Source: Thermoplasmatota archaeon (GTDB taxonomy: Archaea; Thermoplasmatota; Thermoplasmata; RBG-16-68-12; JAGMCJ01). From it: a stretch of DNA of 64,000 nt. The stretch is from the NCBI GenBank assembly GCA_022848865.1, contig JAJISE010000004.1, forward strand, positions 1,887 through 65,886. Reading direction: 5' to 3'. Shown here piece by piece: positions 1 through 7,701 of the stretch; the first letter of the stretch is position 1; each line of letters begins with the position of its first letter. Made by a program: the position numbers and the translations under genes. The notes below the pieces were generated by a model. That model was not told the origin of the DNA and searched no databases. It worked only from the letters and a program-made list of their open reading frames with translations.

Positions 1-774
1 TCGGTTATCGTGGGAATCCCAGACGCCTATTCCCTGGTACAGCTGGCTGTCCATGATCGTGTTCTTCACGATGCGGTTGGAGGTGCTCAGACTTGAGATT
101 CTGATTCCATTCTGGTTGTTGCCGTAGAACTCGTTGCGAGAGACGGTGTTGTTCGCGCTCTCGTAGAGCCAGAGTCCCGTGTCAACGTTCATGCTGGCGT
201 TGTTGCCGGTTATGTTGTTCGAATTCGACTGCCATATTACGATGCCACGAGCGGTGTTGAAGTAGAGCGTATTGTTCCTGACCAGGTTCTGAAAACCGGT
301 GCTGATGAAGAGGGCGTCCTCATTCCTGTAGAAGGAGCTCTCGTTGATGGTGTTGTAGGACGATGTGGTGTAGATGCCTCTCACGGCATAGGAGATGTTT
401 GCATGGTTCACGTGGCACTCTCCGAAGATGCTGAGGCCTCCCCAGTCCGATGGAGAAGGCGTCGAGCTGTTGGACGTGAAGAGGACTGGGTCCATGGCAG
501 TTCCCTGGACGAGAATCCTCCCGCCGACGTACAGTCGGTATGAACCGTTGAACCTGACTTCCGCACCTGCGAGGACGACCAGCTCTATGCCTGCCAGAAC
601 TGTGACGTCCGTCTCAATCCAGTAGGGGCTTCCTGCAGGAGACCAGACCGTGTCTACCACGATGTCCCCTGTTACGGGGGTCCCTGCGTGAGCCTGTTCG
701 GTGAGGAGCACCGTGCCTGTCGTGGCGAGAATCATGATCAGCGCGAAAGAGAGTATCCTCCACAAATGCCCCAT
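1..774 (-). CDS. secreted right-handed parallel beta-helix repeat surface protein (partial; C-terminal part lies beyond the window start); third tandem paralog
   Basis: Minus-strand frame translates from an ATG (complement of 772-774) to MGHLWRILSFALIMILATTGTVLLTEQAHA (Sec-like signal peptide), followed by NxT/NxS-rich beta-helix-like repeats (..NNITGNN.., ..NNTLYFNT..). A GGAGGTG SD-like motif lies just upstream. Absent from the ORF track because the frame runs off the window edge. Confidence 0.55.
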   Translation of the reverse strand, partial: MGHLWRILSFALIMILATTGTVLLTEQAHAGTPVTGDIVVDTVWSPAGSPYWIETDVTVLAGIELVVLAGAEVRFNGSYRLYVGGRILVQGTAMDPVLFTSNSSTPSPSDWGGLSIFGECHVNHANISYAVRGIYTTSSYNTINESSFYRNEDALFISTGFQNLVRNNTLYFNTARGIVIWQSNSNNITGNNASMNVDTGLWLYESANNTVSRNEFYGNNQNGIRISSLSTSNRIVKNTIMDSQLYQGIGVWDSHDNR

Positions 775-854
775 GGGCGCACCTCCTTTTGCACATGAGG
801 CGGTTTTCTTATCAATGTATCGGGAGAGGAGCCTGTCAAGTGGCAGGCAAGCCT

Positions 855-938
855 GTGCAGGTCAAGATCACGGGCAAGTGGGCGGACGGCACGGCCCTCG
901 AGGCGTACGACAGCATCAGGGTGATTGAGCCTGGCGTG
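855..938 (+). repeat. conserved ~85-bp element (copy 1) at/after the 3' end of a beta-helix gene; plus-strand frame reads ..VQVKITGKWADGTALEAYDSIRVIEPGV*
   Basis: Near-identical to 2935..3018 and, for its 3' half, to 8669..8707. Differences between copies 1 and 2 fall preferentially on third positions of the plus-strand frame. Confidence 0.5.
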
Positions 939-2853
939 TGACCATTTGAACCGAAATCTCTTGTGATGAAGCGGATTGGGAGGCAAGTGAAGTCACATAC
1001 GTGCTGGCTGAATATGGTGACCTCCCACAAGAACCACTCCCGCTCGAGAGTGGCACTTCTGGGGGAGGGGACCATACCTGGGTCGCATTGCTGCGGACAG
1101 GACCGTACAGCACCTCGTTCCACGCGATCGGGGGAGACCAGGGAGCCATTAGCGGGTAGTTGTCCCGCGTGTCCCCGTCAATGACGTAGGGCGTGTCTCC
1201 GATGCCGTCCGGATCCGGGCAGTTGTCCTGGTTCGGTCCGCTGCAGTTGTCCACTCCCTCGTAGTCGGACCAGTAGTTGCCTCCTGAAGGATAGCCATCA
1301 TCCCACGAGTTATTGGCGCCCATGTCATCGTACGCTTGCAGCGTGTTGTTGATGAGATTGTTATGATGAATGAGGGCGGATGACGTGTTTTCGAGGGCGA
1401 TGCCTCTCTCACTCTCCGCGATGCTGTTCCCTGTGATGGTGATGTCGTGCCCATCCTGGAAGCGAATGCCTGCGTATTCGCTGCTTAGGATCTTGTTTCG
1501 GGTGACGGTGATGTTGGTGGAGTAAAACGATCGAATCCCTGTACTGTACTCCGAGAAGTTGTTTCCATTGATCGTGAGGTTCGCGGAGACCCATGTGCGG
1601 ACGCCCTCAGCTCCTGAGAAGAACTCGTTCATTGAGATCGTAAGATTCTCCGAGTTCTGAATGTAGACGCTTTCACCACATCTAGATATGGTGTTGCCGA
1701 TAATCGAAACATCGGTCGAGCGGAAAGGATGGATCCCGGATGAACAGTGGATGGTGGAGTTCGTGAAGATCCTGTTCTCCCTCAGTGTGATGTCGCGGGA
1801 GTAATATGGGCTGATGCCTCCGCCATTCCCCCAGACGTCGTTGTCGGCGATGGTCATCCTCTCCGAGAACCAGAGGAGGATTCCCTGGCCGTTGGTCGAG
1901 ACGTTGTTGCCTGATATCGTGGCTCCGCTCACGTAACCTAATTGGATGCCCACATCGGTGCCGTTTATGTGGAGGTTTGAGACATTGACGCCCGTGCAGT
2001 TGGCAATGATGAGCTGACCGAGCTGGGTGCCGTCGACGTTCAGGCCCCGACGGTCCCTATAGTAGTGAATGGGTCTTCCATTGACCATGTTGTCCGTCGA
2101 AATCTTGTGCGTGCTGAAGTGGGAGACGGACCCGCCTCTCATGTATATCCCATTCCCCAGGAAGGTGTTCGCCTTGATGATGTCATACGTAGTCCCCTCC
2201 ATGTGCAGGCCGCCGCCGTTTGATGATATGTTGTTACGACTGATCGTCACGTTGGCGGAAGTGTAGATGTACATGCCGTAGCCATGATTGTGCAGAATCT
2301 CGTTGTCGTGGATTCTGTTGTCGGGCGAAGAGCTGAGTTCCAATCCGTTCCAGTTCTCGACGAATGCGTTGTCTGCAATCGTGTTGTAGCTTGAGTCGTG
2401 CAGACTCAGGCCATACCAATTCCTTAAGAAGATGTTGTTCGAGATTGTGCAGTTCCGAGAGTACCAGAGATTCATTCCTACCATGCTTGGGTAGGACCAC
2501 TCACCCACAAGAGAGAATCCTGTGACATTCACCCAATCAGCCTGGACAGAGACCAGACCACCGGGCACGATGTCCTTGATTATGGTCGTGTCCCTGTTCT
2601 CACCGACAAGGGAGAGCGTCTTGTTGATCCTGACCATCTCCCGATATGTGCCGGCGTAGACGTAGACGGTGTCCCCAGGGTCCGCGTTGTCGATCGCCGC
2701 CTGTATGCTCGTGTAGTTGCCAGGGCCGCCTCCGCCGACATAGCGGGTCGTGGCAGTCGCAGTTCCGGGCATGAGGACGACGGCGGCGAGAAGCGAGGCC
2801 GATAGGAGCGTCAACGCTAGAATCACGCTCGCCCTTCGACTGTCTGCCCACAT
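916..2853 (-). CDS. secreted parallel beta-helix repeat (NosD/pectin-lyase-fold-like) surface protein, 645 aa, many N-glycosylation sequons
   Basis: ORF 916..2925; chosen start MWADSRRASVILALTLLSASLLAAVVLMPGTATA (signal peptide) at 2853, preceded by GGAGGG. Repeated beta-helix units (NNIF/NNVS/GNNFS, etc.) and >30 NxS/T sequons. Paralog of the 2998..4242 gene. Confidence 0.7.
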   Translation of the reverse strand: MWADSRRASVILALTLLSASLLAAVVLMPGTATATTRYVGGGGPGNYTSIQAAIDNADPGDTVYVYAGTYREMVRINKTLSLVGENRDTTIIKDIVPGGLVSVQADWVNVTGFSLVGEWSYPSMVGMNLWYSRNCTISNNIFLRNWYGLSLHDSSYNTIADNAFVENWNGLELSSSPDNRIHDNEILHNHGYGMYIYTSANVTISRNNISSNGGGLHMEGTTYDIIKANTFLGNGIYMRGGSVSHFSTHKISTDNMVNGRPIHYYRDRRGLNVDGTQLGQLIIANCTGVNVSNLHINGTDVGIQLGYVSGATISGNNVSTNGQGILLWFSERMTIADNDVWGNGGGISPYYSRDITLRENRIFTNSTIHCSSGIHPFRSTDVSIIGNTISRCGESVYIQNSENLTISMNEFFSGAEGVRTWVSANLTINGNNFSEYSTGIRSFYSTNITVTRNKILSSEYAGIRFQDGHDITITGNSIAESERGIALENTSSALIHHNNLINNTLQAYDDMGANNSWDDGYPSGGNYWSDYEGVDNCSGPNQDNCPDPDGIGDTPYVIDGDTRDNYPLMAPWSPPIAWNEVLYGPVRSNATQVWSPPPEVPLSSGSGSCGRSPYSASTYVTSLASQSASSQEISVQMVTRQAQSP

Positions 2854-2934
2854 CTCAGTCCCTCCAATATCGCAAATGGATGGGGTATATATGATTGTTT
2901 CGCGGCCCGCCCGCCACAAAGGCACTCAGGGAGT

Positions 2935-3018
2935 CCGTGCAGGTCAAGATCACAGGCAAGTGGGATGACGGCACCGCCTTCGAGGCGTACGACAGCATCA
3001 GGGTGATCGAGCCTGGCG
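2935..3018 (+). repeat. conserved ~85-bp element (copy 2); plus-strand frame ..VQVKITGKWDDGTAFEAYDSIRVIEPGG*
   Basis: Direct comparison with 855..938; the surrounding ~300 bp are also paralogous. Confidence 0.5.
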
Positions 3019-4242
3019 GGTGACCACTCGAGAGGATATGTCTCGTGACAAAGCGGGAGGGGAGGCTGGTGAAGTCACAGATATGCAGGCTGAATCTGGG
3101 GACCTCCCGCAAGAGCCACTCCCGCTCGAGAGGGGCACATCCGAAGGAGCGGACGACCAAACCTGAGTCGCATTGCCACGGACAGGACCGTACAGCATGT
3201 CGACCCATACGATTGGGGAGGGCGGGAACCTCATCAGGGGGTAGTTGTCCTGGGTGTCCTCGTCGATGATGTAGGGCGTGTCCCCGATGCCGTCGCTTCC
3301 CGGTATGTTCTGCCCCGGGCCACGGAAGACGTCCACACCCGTGTAGTCGCTCCAGTAGTTCCCGCCGGAGGGATAGCCGTTGTCCCAGTCGTTGGTCGAA
3401 TTGTGCACCCACACCTGCCTCGGATTGTCCATGTAGTTGTGATAGATTCGGCTGTTTTCAGACCACCAGCTCGATTGGATTCCCTGCTGGTTGTCGATGA
3501 ACGTGTTGTTCGCTATCAGTGCCCACCGGGACCCCTCGAGCCAGAGGCCACAACTGTTATGCGAGATGTTGTTCCCGAGCACGGAGCTGTAATCCCCGCT
3601 AAAGAGCCAGATCCCGAAATAACCGTTGTTCAGAACGGTGTTGTTCGCGATTGTCAGGTACTCGGGGAAATCTGCGTGAATCCCTTCCCAGACACTCTCC
3701 AATCTGTTGGCGGTTACCAGATTCCCGATTCCTGCCCAGGAGTATATGCCGTAGCCGCCGTCCACCACCGTATTGTCGGATACCGTGGTGGTCCAGCTGC
3801 CCCGGAGTATGATTCCTACGCCCTCGCTCGCCAGGATGCGGTTGCCCGAGATTAGGCAGCCCTCACAGCTGACGGAGATCCCATGGTCGGTGTATTGCTG
3901 TCCTGTGTTTATGACGGTGAACCCTGTCACGTTGGACCTATAGCCAGAGACCCGAACGACGCCTCCCTCCGTCTCGTCCGTTATCACCGTCGTGTACTTG
4001 TTCTCCCCCACGAGGGAGAGGGTCTTGCGGACCTCGACCGTCTCGTTGTACGTCCCGCTGTACACGAATACCGTGTCCCCGGAGCTTGCCATGTCGATCG
4101 CACCTTGTATCGAAGAGTAGTTCCCCGGACCCGCTCCGCCAACGTACAGCGTTGCAGCTCTCGCGCTCGGCGTGACGGATATCCCGACAAAGAAAGCACT
4201 AGCCAGAAGCAGAAACGCCACAGTCAAGCTCCTCTTCCTCAT
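2998..4242 (-). CDS. secreted parallel beta-helix repeat surface protein, about 414 aa (paralog of 916..2853)
   Basis: ORF 2998..4305; signal peptide MRKRSLTVAFLLLASAFFVGISVTPSARA begins at 4242. Alternative leaderless start MNWSD at 4269, downstream of a TATA-like CTATACAAAG. Conserved blocks shared with the 645-aa paralog (ATLYVGG.GPGNY.SIQ.AID, DNYPLM, LYGPVR.NATQVW). Confidence 0.65.
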   Translation of the reverse strand: MRKRSLTVAFLLLASAFFVGISVTPSARAATLYVGGAGPGNYSSIQGAIDMASSGDTVFVYSGTYNETVEVRKTLSLVGENKYTTVITDETEGGVVRVSGYRSNVTGFTVINTGQQYTDHGISVSCEGCLISGNRILASEGVGIILRGSWTTTVSDNTVVDGGYGIYSWAGIGNLVTANRLESVWEGIHADFPEYLTIANNTVLNNGYFGIWLFSGDYSSVLGNNISHNSCGLWLEGSRWALIANNTFIDNQQGIQSSWWSENSRIYHNYMDNPRQVWVHNSTNDWDNGYPSGGNYWSDYTGVDVFRGPGQNIPGSDGIGDTPYIIDEDTQDNYPLMRFPPSPIVWVDMLYGPVRGNATQVWSSAPSDVPLSSGSGSCGRSPDSACISVTSPASPPALSRDISSRVVTRQARSP

Positions 4243-4484
4243 GATCGCCGTCTCATCACTCCAGTTCATATTCGTGCTGGGAGGACTTAGGCTTTGTATA
4301 GCCAAAACCTCGGATTCTATCTGAAAACGGATGAGTTACTAGCACGTTTTCCATAGTATCACGATTGTGACGCTTCTTCCCCACGCTCAGACAATCTGTC
4401 GCGAGTGGAGCGGGATCCTCTAACAACGACCGCCTTCGCCCGGAGAACGAAGCCAGATACCCTTTTAAGGGCAGGAACGGATTT

Positions 4485-4973
4485 GTGTGTGGAGAGGGAT
4501 ACTTGGTCGACTCGAAGGAGCGGATATTGGGCGATCTCGACAAGCTCTTCCAGGACCTGAACGTGATCAGCGTCATCGCCTTCTCTCCCGTGTTCATCTA
4601 CATCGCTACGACCGTGGGCTCCGCGCTGGACGGCAGGCCCGCGGAACTGCTGTACGCCCTGCCGTGGTTGATCCTGATGGTCGCGTACTGGTACTGGAGG
4701 TACAGGTATCTGCGGGTCAGATGCAGGGATTACGCGCGGGCGATGATGGTCCCGGAGTACGAGAGGACCATCAGATTGGATTCCGTCAGAACCGTCATCT
4801 TGGGCGCGACGGTGATCTCGACCCTCTTCTTCTTCCTCCTCCAGGGGGATAGCGCCTCACTGTTCGCGGCGCTCTTCATCGGCGGGCTGCTCGTGTATTC
4901 GATCCTCGTCGGCGTGACTTACTTCTCCTATTGGGCGAACTCTTGGTTAGCGTCGAGACGGGCGGGCGATTGA
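4485..4973 (+). CDS. hypothetical integral membrane protein (about 4 TM helices)
   Basis: ORF 4485..4973 with hydrophobic segments (VISVIAFSPVFIYIATTV, LPWLILMVAYWYW, ILGATVISTLFFFLL, LFIGGLLVYSILVGV). TATA-like CTTTTAAG about 20 bp upstream suggests a leaderless or slightly downstream TTG start. Confidence 0.4.
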   Translation: MCGEGYLVDSKERILGDLDKLFQDLNVISVIAFSPVFIYIATTVGSALDGRPAELLYALPWLILMVAYWYWRYRYLRVRCRDYARAMMVPEYERTIRLDSVRTVILGATVISTLFFFLLQGDSASLFAALFIGGLLVYSILVGVTYFSYWANSWLASRRAGD

Positions 4974-5002
4974 GGAGACCTGCTCGCAGCTCGGGAATCC
5001 AC

Positions 5003-5032
5003 CCGCCCTTATGAAATCGTTTCGGGGGAACA
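5003..5032 (+). repeat. cassette-boundary motif copy 1 (cccgcccttatgaaatcgtttcgggggaac) containing the GAAA-n3-TTTC palindrome
   Basis: Recurs at 6118..6147 and 6601..6629, with a degenerate copy near 9335..9350; each copy sits at or just after a stop codon. Confidence 0.5.
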
Positions 5033-5104
5033 TCGCTGGCCCGCCTCTGGCTTTGTCACTAGCACTACTCTCATATGCGAACGAGAGCCATCTGAACCAT
5101 AGAC

Positions 5105-5278
5105 ATGAAGATCAAGATCGTTCTTGAACCTCAGGAGGAGGGAGGCTATACAGTGTACGTTCCTTCGCTACCTGGCTGCGTTTCCCAGGGCGAGACGTAC
5201 GACGAGGCGGTCGAGAACATCAAGGAGGCCATCGGCCTTCATCTCGAGTTCGACACGGAAGTGGTCACGCACGCCTGA
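5105..5278 (+). CDS. hicB: HicB-like / UPF0150 family antitoxin-like protein (57 aa), no adjacent HicA
   Basis: MKIKIVLEPQEEGGYTVYVPSLPGCVSQGETYDEAVENIKEAIGLHLEF is a typical UPF0150/HicB N-terminal fold. Below the 60-aa cutoff of the ORF track; ATG 5105, TGA 5276-5278. Confidence 0.6.
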   Translation: MKIKIVLEPQEEGGYTVYVPSLPGCVSQGETYDEAVENIKEAIGLHLEFDTEVVTHA

Positions 5279-5307
5279 ATCCCATCCAGATGTGTCAGTA
5301 CCGAAAG

Positions 5308-5341
5308 CTTTATCGTAATGCAAATCATTACATTGTAATGA
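5308..5341 (+). promoter_or_regulatory. vapB promoter (TATA-like CTTTATCG) with overlapping palindromes (gtaatg-n5-cattac; tcattacattgtaatga), putative operator, leaderless start
   Basis: TATA-like element about 25 bp upstream of the ATG at 5338; near-perfect inverted repeats overlap the start codon, as expected for an autoregulated RHH antitoxin. Confidence 0.4.
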
Positions 5342-5649
5342 TGAAGTCCGTTCAGCTTCGCCTTCCCGATAAGGAGCTCGAGGAGATGGACAGCTTGTCG
5401 GAAGAGATGAAGATGTCCCGCTCAGAGGTCGCCCGCAACGCCCTCCGCGAAGGGCTAAGGAAGCTCAGGATGGAAGTCGCCGTCAGGAGGTACCTAGACG
5501 AGGAGCTGAGCCTCGGCGGGGCTGCCGATTCTGCCGGAGTGACTATCCACGAGATGGCCAGCTTCCTGTCGAAGGTGGGGGTTCCCTTCTTCCGCTATGC
5601 GCCTTCCGAGCTCGAGCGGGACACCGAAAGGGCGAAGGAATGGATGTGA
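5338..5649 (+). CDS. vapB: type II antitoxin, RHH (CopG-like) N-terminus plus UPF0175 domain, VapB-like
   Basis: MMKSVQLRLPDKELEEMDSLSEEMKMSRSEVARNALREGL (ribbon-helix-helix), then ..YLDEELSLGGAADSAGVTIHEMASFLSKVGVPF (UPF0175-like). Stop overlaps the start of the downstream PIN gene. Confidence 0.7.
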   Translation: MMKSVQLRLPDKELEEMDSLSEEMKMSRSEVARNALREGLRKLRMEVAVRRYLDEELSLGGAADSAGVTIHEMASFLSKVGVPFFRYAPSELERDTERAKEWM

Positions 5650-6116
5650 TGCGTGTTTTTGTCGACTCCTCGACAATGATAGCCCTTCTGAGCATCGGGC
5701 GACTGGACCTGCTTCGCGATTTGCTCGGCGAGGTCTGTGTCACACCGGAGGTTGTCGCTGAGGTCACTGCCAAAGAGGGGCCGCAGAAGGAGGCTTTCCA
5801 TGGGGCCATGGCGGGATGGATCAAGGTCGTCGAGACGAAGGGCGATCTGGAGCGATACCTGAAGCAAGGGCTCGGGAGGGGCGAGGCGAGCATATTCCTC
5901 TCGAGGGACAGGCTGATCGTGGATGACAGGGTCGCAAGAACACTGGCTCAGGCGGAGGGAAGGGACTTCACGGGACTCCTTGGCCTGATGGTGGCGGGCG
6001 CGGATGCCGGGTTGCTGAAGAAGAAGGAGGCTCTGCAAGTTCTGGATGAGCTGGTCGAGAGCGACTTCAGGGTTTCGACGCCGCTCTACAAAGAGCTACG
6101 GAAGAGGTGGGAGTGA
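5640..6116 (+). CDS. vapC: PIN-domain toxin (VapC / DUF3368-type), 158 aa
   Basis: MDVMRVFVDSSTMIALLSIGRLDLL.. shows the N-terminal acidic motif typical of PIN nucleases. Translationally coupled (ATGGATGTGATG overlap) with the upstream UPF0175 antitoxin. Confidence 0.7.
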   Translation: MDVMRVFVDSSTMIALLSIGRLDLLRDLLGEVCVTPEVVAEVTAKEGPQKEAFHGAMAGWIKVVETKGDLERYLKQGLGRGEASIFLSRDRLIVDDRVARTLAQAEGRDFTGLLGLMVAGADAGLLKKKEALQVLDELVESDFRVSTPLYKELRKRWE

Positions 6117-6117
6117 G

Positions 6118-6147
6118 CCCGCCCGTATGAAATCGTTTCAGGGAAAC
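6118..6147 (+). repeat. cassette-boundary motif copy 2 (cccgcccgtatgaaatcgtttcagggaaac)
   Basis: Begins 2 nt after the vapC stop. Confidence 0.5.
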
Positions 6148-6207
6148 ACTTAACCTCACGTCAGCGATTCTCACGACAGGAGGGATACGATCGTAAGGAT
6201 CTCCTGG

Positions 6208-6612
6208 ATGGACAGGGACGCCAAGATCAGGTTGTACGCCAAGGTCATGGCCAAGGCATTTCTCATAGCCTCGGTGGTGGACGCGGTTGCTGTCGGCATC
6301 CTCCTGATAGTCGGCTATGGCACTTCACGGCCTGAACTCTCCTTCATGTTGGCCCTCAGCCTGCTCATGATCCTAATGGGAATCGGAATCTCAGGCACTG
6401 TGCTCTACCTGTCGGGCGGGCTTCCGGTGCTGTATTTCGATACTTGGGCGGGCGGAGTCCTTCTTGTGGCCATCGGTCATAGCTTCTCTTTGCCTAGCGT
6501 GCTAGGTCTAAATTGGAGGAGTCTTGTCTCACTTATCCTCAGCTGGGCCTTCCTTGTGGGCACGATAGGTCTCAACTATGTTGCCGTGCGGAAGCTCACA
6601 CGGCCCAAGTGA
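6208..6612 (+). CDS. hypothetical small membrane protein (4 TM), 134 aa
   Basis: ORF with four hydrophobic helices; its stop codon lies inside motif copy 3. Confidence 0.45.
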   Translation: MDRDAKIRLYAKVMAKAFLIASVVDAVAVGILLIVGYGTSRPELSFMLALSLLMILMGIGISGTVLYLSGGLPVLYFDTWAGGVLLVAIGHSFSLPSVLGLNWRSLVSLILSWAFLVGTIGLNYVAVRKLTRPK

Positions 6613-6629
6613 AATCGTTTCGGGGTAAC
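6601..6629 (+). repeat. cassette-boundary motif copy 3 (cggcccaagtgaaatcgtttcggggtaac)
   Basis: Overlaps the stop codon of the 6208..6612 gene. Confidence 0.5.
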
Positions 6630-6807
6630 TGCTGCGGGAATCGAGCAGATGAGCATCGAAATCCTTGAGTCCAATTCGTCAAGCGCTTCTAAGCGGAGGT
6701 GAAGCGGAGTGGGTGTGGAGGGGAAGTGGAGGGGAAGTGGAGGACCACTAGTGAGACATAGGAGAAAGAGTGGAGAAACAGTGGAGAAGCACTGGAGGCA
6801 AAGGTTC

Positions 6808-6858
6808 ATAAAAGAAATAAGGTGGGGAGCCCGGAACTCCCCTTTTCGCGCATTTTGG
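6808..6858. terminator. putative bidirectional terminator: GGGGAG-n7-CTCCCC hairpin flanked by T-rich tracts on both strands
   Basis: Plus strand: hairpin followed by TTTTCGCGCATTTTGG. Minus strand: hairpin followed by ACCTTATTTCTTTTATG. Lies between convergent genes ending at 6612 and 6878. Confidence 0.4.
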
Positions 6859-6877
6859 AATGTCCCTGAGGCTGTAG

Positions 6878-7489
6878 CTACATCAGCTCCTCAAGGATTT
6901 CCTCTGGTGGTCGGATCTCTTCGGGGAGGTCCAGCACGACCCGCAGGCCGAGCGTCTCGCTCTCGACGGTCATCGGGACGTCGATCTCGAGGACGTCATG
7001 GATTGTCTCCACTATTTCCTCAAGGCCCGCCCGCCTCAGGACTATGTCGTATGGCACGTCCTGCACGGACATGGCGATCCCGAAGGTACCGTCGGAGAGG
7101 TCCTTCTGGAAAAGGGTCTTGCGACCCCTCCTCAGGATGAACCAGCAGCCGTCCAGGTCGGACTCGTCCACGCTTCCCTCGAAGACCACGGGCAGCTTGA
7201 TCTCCTCGACTCCTGCAGTGTGGGCTTCCAGCCATCTCTTCATGAAGAGATTGAAGCCGGTCATCCCCTCTGCGAGGGCGTCGAAGAGCTGTTGCTGTGC
7301 CGTCAACAGGCCTTGCCAGGTGTCCACTCCCTTGGAGAAGATCAGCCTGTGCCTGACCTGCAGCGGTGTCCGCGGGTTCGAGGGTACAGTGTACTCCCTC
7401 AGGTAGTGGACGCCCTTCCATCTGGAGGCCGTCATGCTCTTCCCGATGGTTCCGCTGAACCTCGTTCCGAAGATGTTCTTCACTTCCAC
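6878..7489 (-). CDS. hypothetical protein (about 186-204 aa), acidic C-terminus; no recognisable family
   Basis: ORF 6878..7645. Plausible starts: GTG at 7489 (SD GGAGGTGA plus A8 spacer) or ATG at 7435 (MTASRWKG..). Composition is non-repetitive and protein-like. Confidence 0.4.
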   Translation of the reverse strand: MEVKNIFGTRFSGTIGKSMTASRWKGVHYLREYTVPSNPRTPLQVRHRLIFSKGVDTWQGLLTAQQQLFDALAEGMTGFNLFMKRWLEAHTAGVEEIKLPVVFEGSVDESDLDGCWFILRRGRKTLFQKDLSDGTFGIAMSVQDVPYDIVLRRAGLEEIVETIHDVLEIDVPMTVESETLGLRVVLDLPEEIRPPEEILEELM

Positions 7490-7701
7490 TTTTTTTTCAC
7501 CTCCTTTTAAGTTCTCTGGGTGGCGCCGTTCCAGGCGATCTGACACAGGTCGGGGCGGAAAATATAGTCTGGCAGGAATTCTTCGGAACGTGTACACTTT
7601 CGAGTATGAATGCAACTGTGTAGGGGTACAACAGATGTTCAACATAACAACAAGTGTTGTGGGGCTGTATCATAACAAAACTATCATATACGTCAGAAAA
7701 G

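Noticed and set aside
795-941. 48-codon plus-strand micro-ORF (ATG 795 ... VQVKITGKWADGTALEAYDSIRVIEPGV*) as a called CDS
   Set aside because: The second copy (2880-3021) lacks an in-frame start and has a TGA upstream. It is kept only as a conserved repeat element with a coding-like substitution pattern (see findings), not as a gene call.
2854-2925. N-terminal 24-aa extension (MPLWRAGRETIIYTPSICDIGGTE) of the 669-aa beta-helix ORF
   Set aside because: The signal peptide begins at MWADSRR (2853) with an SD-like GGAGGG just upstream; the extension is probably untranslated.
6700-6760. GA-rich tandem gggaagtggagg repeats as a CRISPR-like or ncRNA locus
   Set aside because: Only 2-3 contiguous units without spacers of regular length. 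More plausibly a purine-rich spacer element associated with the cassette-boundary motif; reported as part of that finding instead.
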